Below are positions 14,095-26,450 of a DNA stretch of 64,000 nt, one piece after another (positions within the stretch are counted from its first letter, which is position 1; each line of letters begins with the position of its first letter). The stretch comes from Lama guanicoe. Lineage: Eukaryota. Position numbers and translations under genes: made by a program. The stretch spans positions 929,753 through 993,752 of the forward strand of contig MU057349.1 in assembly GCA_013239625.1 (NCBI GenBank), given 5' to 3'. The notes beneath the pieces were generated by a model that saw only the letters and a list, made by a program, of their open reading frames with translations, did no database searches and was not told where the DNA came from.

Positions 14095-14365
14095 GACCTA
14101 GGAGGAAGTCCAACATCATGGCACTGGCAGATTCGATGTTTTGTGAAGCTCTCTTTCCTGGCTCATTGCCAGTCTTCTCATTGTGTCCTCAAATGGCAGA
14201 CAGGGAGCTCTCTGGGATCTCTTTCACAAGGGCACTCATTCATGAAGGCTCCACCCTCATGATCTAATCGCCTTCCAAAGGCCCTTCTTCCAAATACCAT
14301 CACGTAGGGAATTAGGTTTCAGCGTATGAATTTTCATGGAGCCCAATTATTCAGATAGTAGCACC
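14095..14365. mobile_element. MaLR LTR (MLT1A/MST-like) fragment
   Basis: aagggcactcattcatgaaggctccaccctcatgatctaatcgccttccaaaggccc...attcagatagtagca. Confidence 0.75.
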
Positions 14366-15372
14366 CCATTAGCATTGGTCAGTGACTGGTTGCAAGGGGG
14401 CATATCCTTCCAGGTGAGGCAGCTCTGATGCAGCAAAAGGCAGCTGTCTAGAGAAGGAGGCAGCTGTAAGCTGATAGCAGCTACAGCTCAGAGCAGCTGG
14501 AGGTTGGTTGCACTGGCCTCATCTACTGTGCTTGCCCAGTGATTCTCTTGCATGTTAGAACAGCAAATAGAAACAGGAGTGAGCTGTTATCAAAATGTAC
14601 AGCACTGACAACATGACAGCAAGTCATGAGGTAGAAGAAAATTTGAAAATTGACCTATGAATTTGAGGCCAAGTAACACGGGAACAGAGATCCCGTCTCT
14701 AACTCCACAGCCCATCACAGCACATTCCAGTAGTGGGTGCTCGTGGTGCTGACCTGGAGTCAATGAGAAAAAAGCTGTATTTTATTAAAGTGTGTAACTG
14801 AAAAAGCAGAAATCTCCAACATTTTTATCGTTTAATTCCTTAAGTCACCACTCTGTAGATACTCAGGAAAGAAATAGCTCATTTATGAAAGTGCTGGGTA
14901 AATTAATTGACCAGATATAACCTTTGGAGCATTAACTATAGGGCCATTAGCTTGGAGCACAAGAAGCCAGGCACCACAAAAGTAAGTACTTTTTGAACAA
15001 CAAAGTTGCTTCACAGAGTCTCGTGTTTTGAGACTTAATTATTGTGTCTTGGTTTACTCTCAGAAAGGTTCACAGGAAAGAAGGACTTTGTGGTTTGTTG
15101 CTGTTGAACAGATGGGGGATTGTAGGGTCGGAGCACGAACTCGGTAGCGGATTGCATCACTCTCATTATCTTTTCAATAACTGCTAGCCTCCTGCCCCCC
15201 CCCCTTACCTGTTATTCCATTAACACCTCCTCAGGTTTCACCCTCCAGTGGTTAATCTTCAGACTGTTTTACAGAGACTTTGAGCATAATTCCCTATCAG
15301 CCCATCAAGTATCAAAAGCTGTTTTGATGTGTCAGCATCATCTAGAAAAGCTGTCATGTTTTTCTTCTGCAG

Positions 15373-15564
15373 TACCATAACGCTACCTTTGACTGGGCAC
15401 TTTTGTCGAAGAAGGAGTGTTTGAAATACGGAGGAAAGCTCGTGGGGAACAACTGTGATTTTGTTCCTGATATCACACTCATGTCTTTCATCCTCTTCTT
15501 GGGCACCTACACCTCTTCTATGGCGCTGAAAAAATTCAAAACTAGTCGCTATTTTCCAACCATG
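15373..15564 (+). CDS. SLC4A4: SLC4A4 exon ~16 (192 nt): [64 protein letters not shown]
   Basis: Acceptor tttcttctgcag|TAC, donor ATG|gtaagt. 64 codons, open. EL3 cysteines and TM6. Not in the ORF track. Confidence 0.97.
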
Positions 15565-15880
15565 GTAAGTACCTGAGCTTTAAGTCATTTTCATTGAATT
15601 TCCACAATATCAAGAATAATACAGTATTACAAAATGAAAAAGGCACTTGTAGTTCTACCTTCCCAATATAATTTTGCATGTTTAAAAAATTGCTTTCTAG
15701 TCTTTGTCTGTGTGCATACATATTTTTAACATAATTGTAGTCCAGCTTTGAAAACCCTTCCAAGCACTTTGCTCACATAATTCTAGCCTAAATCCTGACT
15801 GTCATGATTCCAACTGGACTGAAAGGAAAAAGTTAGGTATATTCTGTACAAAAATGCACAAGTTAATAAAGAGACCTTTT

Positions 15881-16001
15881 TTATTTTTATTTTTTTATAT
15901 CAGACATGGTTTTATTTTCAAAGAATAAACATATTTTCTAATATAATCACATTGACAGAAACATTAGTCAGGGTGAAATGAAGCCAATTAAGTATTTCTT
16001 T
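15881..16001 (-). pseudogene. Short polyadenylated retro-insertion (probable mRNA 3'-UTR retrocopy)
   Basis: Minus-strand AATAAA (15911-15916) about 15 nt before an A-rich tail. Perfect 15-bp TSD ataaagagacctttt at 15866-15880 and 16002-16016. Confidence 0.7.
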
Positions 16002-16016
16002 ATAAAGAGACCTTTT

Positions 16017-16131
16017 GTAATCATTTCCCAGTGTGGTGTTGTTTTGAATCATCATGTTGTGGACCTTAAATTTATATATATTTTATATCAATATCTGTAT
16101 AAAGCTAAAAAACTACAGAGTAAAAAAAAAG
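16017..16131 (+). mobile_element. Extreme 3' end of an L1 (L1MA/MB-like)
   Basis: gtaatcatttc...aatcatcatgttgtggaccttaaatttatat...taaagct plus A tail. TSD aaagagacctttt. Confidence 0.7.
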
Positions 16132-16832
16132 AAAGAGACCTTTTAAATCCATTGTGTGTTTAAGTAAGCAAAAACTCTTTTCGTATTAATCAGGAATTTT
16201 GATACAGAGTTCTTTGATCATCAGCTTTACATGTGAGTAATTTAGTAGTTGAATTATGAGCTCTGGGAGTAAACTTAAACTGTGTTGTTACACAAGTATT
16301 GGTATAAGATATGATTGTCGTCTGAGCCAACCTTCCCTTCCCATAATGATGAATGCCTTAGTATGGAAACACAGATAATGGAGCTAGGTTGTGCAGACAT
16401 CCTGTCTCCCATTAATATGCCTGGGGGAGCTTAAAATCAAAACTGTGGTTCCTTGAGAGACTATGAGATAAGACCAGCATTTAGTTAATGGCATTTTGGT
16501 TTTTTACCTGCAGAATGAAACTGAGATAATCCTTTGCTTTACAGTTCAGTTCTCACTGTTTTAGGATGTCAGTCATTCTTAGTAATCCCACGTATACCTG
16601 ATTTTTATCAGTGAACTGCTCCATCCAGCTGGCATCTCATGAAATCTCTCCTCTTGTGTTTTGTGTAGAAGGAGTGCGGGGACTTTGGAAGACAGGAGGT
16701 GCAGTTGATGAAGTTCCTCCTTTTAATTCCTGGGAAATGAAACTGAAAACTAACATACTCACTTTCACTAGGAAATCTTTTGACTCTCTGATATTTCTTA
16801 TAAAATGGAAAATAAAGGGGACGGTTGATGAT

Positions 16833-17166
16833 GGTCTTAGTCTGTTTGGGCAGCTGTAACAATATCAGAGACTGGGGGCCTATAAACACCAGAAATTTAT
16901 TTCTGATAGTTGTAGAGGCTGCAAATCCAAGGTTGGGGGCCAGCGTGGTCGGGTGAGGACCTTCTTCTTGGTTTATGGCAGCATCTTTTCACTGCGCCCT
17001 CAGGTGGTAGAAGGGCTAGGGAGCCCTTTATAGGAACACTAATGCCGTTCACAAAGGCTCCATCCTCATACTCTGCCTAAGGCCCCACCTCCTTAATATC
17101 ATCTTCTTTGTGGGTTAGAATTTCCTCAGAGAGATTTTAGGGGGACACGGTATTCAGACCACAGCA
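16833..17166. mobile_element. MaLR LTR (MLT1A-like)
   Basis: gtcttagtctgtttgggcagctgtaacaatatcagagactggggg...ggggacacggtattcagaccacagca. Confidence 0.8.
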
Positions 17167-17325
17167 ATAATGAAATGTCCTGAACTAGCTGGCCTGAAGA
17201 ACGGAAAGTTTCCTTGCAGTGAGGTAGAGAGAGGAGTGTCCAACTTTGCCTTCAGTGGACATCACAGACTGGTGGTCCACAGGCAGAATTCAGCCCCCAG
17301 CCATTCTTTGTTTAGCCCAGTTTGT

Positions 17326-17327
<2 letters not shown>

Positions 17328-17369
<42 letters not shown>
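17328..17369. repeat. (CA)n microsatellite
   Basis: Seen directly; nearly perfect run. Confidence 0.95.
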
Positions 17370-18000
17370 TTGAGGGCTTAAGGGGAACCTGCTCTTTGCA
17401 AGTAGGTAGTTAGTGTCATCACAACTTTCTGTGGTCTAAGACTTGGTTGCTTCACACATTCAGATTAAGAGCTTGTCCCTGAAAACATTTGAGTTTGTGA
17501 CACCAGTTCACATACCAGGAAATGTGCTCACTCAGTCCACCTCTTCAATGGTGTAAGTTATTTCTAGAAAAGATTCCTGGCTAGTCTTCGAGGATGGTTT
17601 CATCTTTATTGAGATGTTTCCTTTTTAATTACTAATTCATTGGGCATTTTTTCCTTTTTTTGGCTTACACTTTGGGAATCATCATTCTTTTTATCTCTTC
17701 CACTTACCAAAGTCTGATATTACTTTGGCATAGTAGGTAGAAAAGTGGAAAATTTGGGAAGCATTTGTAAGTTAGCAAAAAAAAAGTTAATTTTGCCCTT
17801 AAGATGAATAGAGATTATTTAAACTGTTTATGTAGACACCACCTTTTTTTTTCCCAGCAGTAAGTCCCAAATTGATAATAGCTCTTCAGACTTAAAGAAA
17901 TTGCCCCTTTATAAGAGCCCAAGCAGGTAGTTTCTCAGACATGGCTAAATGTTGAGAAATGTTGGAAAATGTTGAATATATGAAAATAGAATAATGAGCA

Positions 18001-19696
18001 AAGTGGTGAGAGTGGACATCCTTGTCTTGTTCCAAATTTTAGTGGGAAGGCTTTCAACTTTTCACTGTTGACTATTATGCTGGCTGTAGGTTTGTCATAA
18101 ATAGCTTTTATTATGTTGAGATATGTTCCCTCTATACCCAGTTTAGTTAGAATTTTTATCATAAATGGGTGTTGAATTTTATCAAGTGCTTTTTCTGCAT
18201 CTATTGAGATGATCATGTGATTTTTGTCCTTTCTCTTGTTGATGTGGTATATCGCATTGATTGATTTGCATATGTTGACCCATCCTTGTGTCCCTGGAAT
18301 GAACTCAACTTGATCANNNNNNNNNNNNNNNNNNNNNNNNNNNNNNNNNNNNNNNNNNNNNNNNNNNNNNNNNNNNNNNNNNNNNNNNNNNNNNNNNNNN
18401 NNNNNNNNNNNNNNNNNNNNNNNNNNNNNNNNNNNNNNNNNNNNNNNNNNNNNNNNNNNNNNNNNNNNNNNNNNTGAGTTTGGGAGTATCCCCTCCTCTT
18501 CAGTCTTTTGAAAGAGTTTGAGAAGGATCAGTATGAGCTCTTCTTTGTATGTTTGATAGAATTCCCCAGTGAAGCCATCTGGTCCTAGACTTTTGTTTAC
18601 AGGGAGGTTTTTTTTATTGCTGATTCTATTTTACTTCTAGTAATTGGTCTGTTCAAGTGATCTATTTCTTCTTGATTGTTTTGGTGGACTGTATGTTTCC
18701 AGGAACTTGTCCATTTCTTCTGAGTTGTCCAGTTTATTTTGCCATATAGTTGTTCACAGTATCCTCTTATGATTTTTTTGTATTTCTGTGGTGTTGGTTG
18801 TAATTTCTCCATTTTCATTTCTTATTTTGTTTATTTGTGTCCTCTCCCTTTTTTTCTTGGTGAGCCTGGCCAGAGGTTTGTCAATTTTGTTTACTTTTTC
18901 AAAAAATCAGCTCTTGGTTTGATTGATTTTTCTGTTGTTTTTTAATCTCTATCCTATTTATTTCCTCCCTGATCTTTATTATTTCTTTCCTTCTGCTGAC
19001 TGTGGGTTTTGTTTGTTCTCTTTTTCTAATTCTTTTAGGTGGTAGGTTAGGTTGTTTATTTGAGATTGTTCTTGTTTTTTGAGGAAGGCCTGTATCGCTA
19101 TGAACTTGCCTCTTAGGACTGCTTTTGCTGCAACCCATGGATTTTGTGTGATTGTGTTTTCATTGTCATTTGTCTCAAAGTATTTTTTAATTTCTTCTTT
19201 GATTTCATCGTTGACCCATTGGTTTTTTAGTAGCATGTTGTTTAGTCTCCATGCAATTGTTTTTTTCTGATCTGTTTTTCTGTGGTTGATTTCTAATTTC
19301 ATGCCCTTGTGGTCAGAAAAGATGCTTCAAATAGTTTCTATCTTCTTAAATTTGTTGAAGCTTCTGGTGTGCCTGAGTATGTGGTCTGTCCTAAAATATG
19401 TTCCATGAGCACTTGAAAAGAATGTATATTCTGTTCTTTGGGGATGTAATGTCCTAAAAATATCAACAAGTCCAGTCGTTCTGTTATGTCATTTAGTATC
19501 TCTGTTACCTGATTGACTTTCTGTATGGAATACCTGTCCAGTGATGTTGGTGGGGTGTTAAAGTCTCCTATGATTATTGTATTCCCATCAATTTCTCCCT
19601 TTATGTCTGTCAGTATTTGTTTTATATATTTAGGTGCTCCTATATTGGGTGCATATATGTTAATGGGTACAATATCCTCATCCCTCATCTTGTATT
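18001..19696 (-). mobile_element. L1 ORF2 internal fragment (endonuclease C-terminal part to start of RT), frameshifted
   Basis: ORF track: [83 protein letters not shown]...[10 protein letters not shown]. Confidence 0.96.
18317..18474. other. Assembly gap (158 N) inside L1 ORF2
   Basis: N run with L1 ORF2 on both sides. Confidence 0.99.
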
Positions 19697-20119
19697 GGTA
19701 CGTCCATATTCTTTTAAGCACTAGTATTCTATAATTTTAAAAACAGTTTTCTGATTCCATCTTATAAATTAAATAAATTATTTTTATTCAGCGTGTTCTT
19801 ACAGTAATGATCAGGGCTTACAGATTCCCCAAGATTTGTATTATCTTTTTGCCAGGTCTGCTTTTGCAGTGGCTGCCAACCTCTGCCTGTGAGTGATCCA
19901 TGATTGCTGTGTAGCAAATTCAAAATGTAGAGTTTTCTTTTCACATTTGAGCATATGCATCTCCCTGTATTGTTTATCTCACCTAATAACACTGCCTCTC
20001 CTCACAGCCACGCAGGATCAAAATCTTAAAGTCACATTTGGTGTATCAGAGTCCCAGAGCAGGAAGTAAATTATACACTCAAATTAGAATCATCCGAGGG
20101 GTTGAATAAAAGCATTAGT

Positions 20120-20512
20120 GACAAAGGTGAGGTTAGATTTAGAGAAACCACAAGGGAGAGTGTCGTGTCCTGTGAGAGTGAGAGCGGGGTTGTTACTCCC
20201 TGACTCAAAAGATGTGGAGAGGGAGGGGTTGCTGGAACCTGGGAGAAGAGAGAATGGAAGGTAGAGCTTTTGTCCGAGGCGCCGTGACCTTGGGTTGAGG
20301 GGTTTAGCCAGCCTGAGGCAACCTCAAAGGAATATAGCTTTGGGAATCGATACTTTGATATCTTCCCCCTGATGGTGTGCGCAGGTTGCTGCAGGCTGAA
20401 CCCTGCTGGAATCTGGAGAGCAAGGGAGCCTACTGTAGACCTCACTGACCAGCCTCCGAAGGCAGAGAGCCTGGTGGAAAAGAGCAGAAAGTGGATCTGG
20501 TGTGACAGAAGA
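20120..20512. mobile_element. Probable old LTR (ERVL/MaLR class)
   Basis: Purine-rich LTR-like segment ending gcagaaagtggatctggtgtgacaga. Family not determinable. Confidence 0.4.
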
Positions 20513-22949
20513 TACTATCGATCATATTTACCTCTCCAAGTTTTTCTTTATCAAATTAAACTTGTCACAGCTCCCTTGATTATCCTATTATAATCACTCT
20601 CCTTTACACTTACTCTTCTCTTCCCCTATTTCAGTCTCTCATTATCTTTGCCTAGACCAGTGTCACTTATCCACGCTTTCCCTCCCTCATAAAGCCACTA
20701 GCAGTCCATCAGTATTAACATTAAAGATGAAATGGTTTGCCTTTGCTAGCCTGTCCATCAGGAACTTGATTTATCTCTCAGGAACTTCCAGAGAGCCCTA
20801 ATGCTCAGTGGCACGTGGGTGGGGTATCAGTACCCCACTGGCTGCCTCCTTTGTGCTCCCTGTTCCTTTTAGAGGGGTGCATGAGTCTGTTAACTCATAC
20901 AGTTACAGTTCTGTTACAACAGCCTCAAGTCTTTTGCCAGTGTTTTGGCATCAAAACTTCCTGAAGGAGCATCACAGCATAATCTGTGATCTTCTGCAGC
21001 AGATAGCTCGAGGCATTAACAGGACATGTTCTTCCAAAGCCCCATACCAACAAGTGATGGTACTCTTGGAGAAAAGATGACAAGACTACAGTGTGTGGTG
21101 GCAAAACGAAAGCAGTCAGCTTAAAGATAGAGCAGGACTGTGAGTGTAGAACTTAAAGCTGTAGCGCCTCTGAATTAGGCAAAATTATCTATACCTTAAT
21201 ATTGTCAAATGCAGTGTGGCCTGCTGATGTACGTAACTGACATGAGAATGTCTTTCTGAAAGAACTACTTGATTTCCTCTTTTTACCCCTCTTGGAATAA
21301 GTAGCAGGTCTAACCCTGGCATGGATTGATGTGGTGGTAAGATTCTTCAATATGCCTGTTGGTTGTTATTGTCATTTAACGAACAAAATCAGTAAGTTTC
21401 AGGTCACATTAATAGCTTTGACAACTTTTACACTTTATTTAGATGACATTTGAGCAGAATGTTCTTTGACATCCTTCTTTTAAAAAAAAAACTCCAATAT
21501 TCTATATCCTATAGTTAATTAGCATATTCATTCAGTATTGAAAAAAAATATTGTAACTCTAATGTCTGCTTGATACAATATTAGATGGTAGGGATACAAA
21601 GCAAGTAATTCATGGGCATGGAACATAGTAGGAACCTAATGTATATTTGTTGAACCAGTTAGATTTTTGAGTTTTTAAATCAGGTGATTCATTTTGATCC
21701 TTCTGGACCATTCATGCTTACTCTTTACTATGGGCTCACACTTTGGTGGTTTTTGAGGAACTGGCTTTATGGATGAGAAAAAAGTGCAGGGCTTCAGGAA
21801 TTTCCATGAAAACAAAATGAGCATTTTAGTTAGGTGACACATTCAATTTTTATCCACATAAAACACAATCTAGGATTCCACAACCAGCTGTATTTTTGGA
21901 ACCATGATTCTTAGTTGACATTTTGCCTTGTGACAATTCTATTAATGTTGGATGTTGTTAATGTTGGAAGAGTTGTATAAACAACTCTTTACAAGAATTA
22001 GGTGATATCCCTATTCTGTTTTTATTTTCTCTCAGAATCTTTCTTGGTGAATGGTAAAAACCATCAAACTAAAACGAATAATGCATCCAAACACAAGTTA
22101 AGACGTAACGGGCCTGTATTCTCTGCCCCAGTCTAGTGTTAGTAATGCTGGATGACGTTTGGCTGGTTCTTACAGAAACATCAGACCACATCATGCCACG
22201 AAACTCACTCAGAAAGTGACTTTACTGTCAGTGAAGGGGAATCAGATTTTCAAATTCTTGTGTTGTTTTGTACCAGGAAAGTAATTTTTAAAGTCAAATT
22301 TGTTATTAATCCAAAACTGATTTTTGTATTTTTTTTTCTTAATGACAGAGGGATATTTGGTTATAAACACAAATCAGTCTGTTAAAACATTTAACAAAGA
22401 TTACAAATACTTCAGTTCTTATGGACATATGACAAGAAATACAATCAATTGGAATTGAGCCAGAAAAAGATTTAGGGAGTGTTGATTGGCCAAAGTATTT
22501 TGTGAGAGCTTTTAATGATGGCACAGAGGCAGTCTGGACAGAAGAAGTCATTTTGACCATGATGCCTTGTTGGCCTTCAGTGCTATCAGCTTACTTGTCC
22601 ATAATGGAAGCGTCACCAGCATTGAAATCCATCTAGTAACACAAAATGGCCTCCTACTCTATTTCCAGATTGTCTAATTTATACATATGACTTACTAATT
22701 ATTCTTCTAAATCTTTAAATTTTTGTACCTTAATATAAATTATAAAACCGCCTTCCTTTTAAAAGCCTGGAACCCTTTATTATAATGGTTTGGGGGTGGG
22801 GGTTATATCCAACAAGACCCTGTTAGAGGGTCAAGAAGTTTTGATAATTGGGTCTTCATGATTGAATTTAGGACTTTGGATACCTTCTGTTCCAACGTTG
22901 TCTCTTCATTTCTGACACGTGGTCAGCTGTGGGCTGCTTGCGTGCTTCC

Positions 22950-23620
22950 CAGAACGGGAATGTCACATCTCCGAAGGCCTTCCTGATAGAGGCACAAGCC
23001 TGCCTTTCCACAACCTCTGTCCTCAGGGGCTGTCTGTCCCTCTGAAACTACACAGAATACGTTTAGTCTTTCTTTTGTGTGACAGACTGCACAATTTTGA
23101 AGGCCGTTTGTCCCTACAGCTTCTTAAGGCCTCCCAGCCTTTTCTATATGATGTGTTTTCTGGACTTCCCTTCCTCTGGTCATCCTTCTCTGAGTCAGCT
23201 CCAGATTTTCCGTTTCAGTTTAGAATATAGTGACCAGACTGAGACATAATCTTCCCTGTGTGGTTTGCTCATTTGCTTCTGGCACTCGGTCACTGGGGTC
23301 TTTGTTTCGCTGCTCAGTTTGAGGCAGAAGATGCTGAAGTCTCCTCAGCATCCCTGCTGAGCTGCTTCCTGAGGCTTACTCCCCTCTGTCCCCTGCTTGG
23401 GAAAACAGCTTGCTTTTCTGGTGACTTCTACTGGCAGATGCTAAGCTCCTCCCAGATAAATTTCCCATTCCCACTCCCTTCGTTGTTCCCTGGATATCTC
23501 TGACTCTGGAACTCATGGCATCAAAATCCTAGAGTCTTTCCATTGAATTCTAATTATAGTGGGTTTTATTGATTCAGAGTACAGTGCATGATGATTGCTG
23601 TACTGATATGAATGCTTATT
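22950..23620 (-). mobile_element. Ancient CR1/L3 fragment(s), interrupted
   Basis: gaatatagtgaccagactgagacataatcttccctgtgtggtttg resembles CR1 ORF2 3' region, antisense. Confidence 0.4.
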
Positions 23621-25576
23621 TCCTTTTATAGTGCTGTGTAGTATTGGCTGTTGGGAGGGTCACATTTTTAAAATTTCATGGTATTTTGTGCCTTTTCATG
23701 ACTGCCAAAAAGCACATGTTTGTCCAGAATACTTTTTTGTCCATCTAGAATAAATGCTTTTTTACATTGTTGTTTAGCATTTTCTAAGCACAGCGATCAT
23801 GAGAGGAATTGACATCTTGAATGAATATTTATTGAGTACCCACAGGGTGCCTGCTGCTGGGCTGGTCTCTGTAACAGCTCCATCCATTGAGAACCGCTCT
23901 GCAGGCTCACAGCCTTCCCCTCAGTTAATTTAAAAGCAGCTGCCATCCTCGCAAAGTGAAAACCAAATGTCCTCCGGGGCTTCCTGGGAACCAAATTCAT
24001 ATTTTTTCCCCCTGTAAATTAACTAGCTTCTCACTGTTGGTGTCTCAATGATTATGACTCTCTTAATAATTAATACAGTATCATCCTTCATGAAGAGGAT
24101 GTGTATAATAGATTTATTAGGTTGTTTTTACCCAAGAACAAGAGAACAGTGTTTGGTAAATTGAATTTCCCTTCCCATCCACTTAATTTCTCCTTTGCCT
24201 TGGTAGTTTAGATATTTAAGCTGGTTGCTTCTTATTTAGATTAATTGAGATATCTTGTAATTAATTCTGCAGAGGACAGAAATATTTTTCTCCTCTTCGT
24301 TTTTATAATTAAAAGATGGTAAATGAAAATAAAAAAGCTCAAAACCATTGTGATATAATGGTTATCTTATATTGAATCTTAGTTGAAATACACTTTTCTG
24401 TTCCCCCTTTGTGAATGGAGGTAGGAATTATCACGCTGTAGCACATGTGTATGCCATTAAAAAAAACAACAAACAAATTAAAAAATATAAGTCCTTAATG
24501 TATATGCGTTACCTTAATTTGTGTTTCACTTAGATTGTATAGTTTATATTCCTAGGATGTTGAAGTTTGAGCCTAGAGAGACTTAGTATTTGATTGGATG
24601 GACCTGTAAGTTATGATGTTTGTCTGAGCTAAATTTGAGGCATCTGAATACACGAGTGGGCATGAAATCTTGTGGGAACAGTTTTCTCATGAAAACTGTG
24701 GTACTTCTGCTTTGAATCATTACCGGTAATAGCTGGTAGGGAATTAGGAACGATGGGTTTCTAATTTGATTTCTCTATTTATATATTGACACAAAAAAGG
24801 GTACTATTTTGGAGTTTTTGAAAGAGATCAAGTTTGAAGAAGATGGAATGCAAAATAAACTAAAAAAAAATGAAGTTCATGTCTGTTTCTTTTTCTAAAT
24901 GTTTGGAAATGTGATAAGGGCACTTCTTGTGATTCTTATCTCCTCAAAGTCAGATGCTAAGCTCCTGCCCCCAGATCTTAGAGTGTATCTAGTAAGCTGT
25001 AGGTTCTCAGTTGACATTTTTAGGGCACTTTCTAGTTCTCCTGTTGGTTTTGCGTCTTTCAGATTAAAGTTTAATTTTAGTATAGGGCAGGACCTGAATA
25101 GCCTGCTCAAATAACACCCCTACCTGCCTTCACTAATTAGAGGATTTAGAGTTGAATACAAAAGTGGCCTGGGAAAAAAATCAATTTCCTTGACTGTGAA
25201 GTTTAAACCAGATCCAATATCTTAGAAATGAGTGTCTTAGAATAAATACTCCCTAGGAGTGATTCTGCTGAGCCTGAACTGTATTGTCCAATTTAAGGGG
25301 AAGGAAGGGGAAATAGAAGTGAGTATATTACACAGAACATGTCACCCTGGCTGTGGTTTTTAATGAGGTTAAGCAATATTATTTGTAGAGTAGCTTTTCT
25401 TCCCCCATACACTTTAAGAAACATAATCCTGAATTGTTAGCATTTGTCTTTTTAGCTACTTTGATACTTACAGTGTGATAAATAGTGCCACACTTGACAA
25501 GAGTGACATTGCTGAGGGGTTCCTTCAAAGAAAACTGATCCTTAAACTAAAGTAGATGAACTGTTTGTTTATACTA

Positions 25577-26097
25577 GTAATTAGTTTCCCATGGCTGTTC
25601 TGTCATATTAGTGCAAACATGGTGGCTTAACACAGGGCATTTATTGTCTTGAGATCTGGAGGTCAGAAGTCTGAAATGAGTCTCGGTATGGGTCTCAGTG
25701 GACTAAAATCAAGGTGTTGGCAGGGTTGCGTTCTTTCTGAAGGCTCTGGGGAGAGGACATGTTACCTTAGCTTTTCCAGCTTCTCGAGACTGTCCACATT
25801 CCTTGTTTCTTGACCCCTTTCCTCCATCTTCAAAGCTAGCAATGGCCAGGCAAGCCTTCCTCATGCTGCATCATGCTGACACTGACTCTCCTGCCACCGT
25901 CTTTCATTTACAAGGATTCTTGTGATTACATTGGACCCACTGGCATAGTCCTGGACAGTTTCTCCAGTCTTGAGGTCATCTGATTAGTACCCTTAGTTCT
26001 GCCTGCACCTCTAGTTCTCCCTGGCCTTGTAACATCACATATTCACAGGTTATAGGGATTCGACATCTTTAGGGGAGCTTTGTTCTGCCTTCCACAT
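25577..26097. mobile_element. MaLR LTR (MLT1C/D-like)
   Basis: tggcttaacacagggcatttattgtcttgagatctggaggtcagaagtctgaaat...tttgttctgccttccaca. Confidence 0.8.
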
Positions 26098-26159
26098 TAT
26101 CTGACCTAGATTTTCACATGAGTGTTCTTGGCAGCGTCCTGAAGGGGGCGAGTGTAGGA

Positions 26160-26450
26160 GCAGGAAGAAGAGATAGGAAGCAGGAACCACATGAGATAAA
26201 GCTGTGGTTTAGACAAGGGTGGTAATAGCAGTGGAGGTGATGGGGAGAGACAGGGTGCTGGCTATGCTTTGAAGGTAATTTGCTGATCTGTTAGATGGAG
26301 GATGTGAGAGAAAGGGAAGAGTTGCGTGAATGGTCCAAAGTTTTTGGCCTAAGCAATAGGAAAAAATAAGCTGCCATTAATTAAGATGGGGAAAACTACT
26401 AAAAGAGGAAGATTAGGGATTCAGTGCTCAGTTTAGGGAAAGCTGAGAAT
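26160..26450 (+). mobile_element. L2 fragment
   Basis: ggtggtaatagcagtggaggtgatggggag...aagtttttggcctaagcaatagg. Confidence 0.65.

Noticed and set aside
17935-19721. Functional reverse transcriptase/endonuclease gene or novel RT system
   Set aside because: Ordinary L1 ORF2 fragment, broken into several frames and truncated at both ends.
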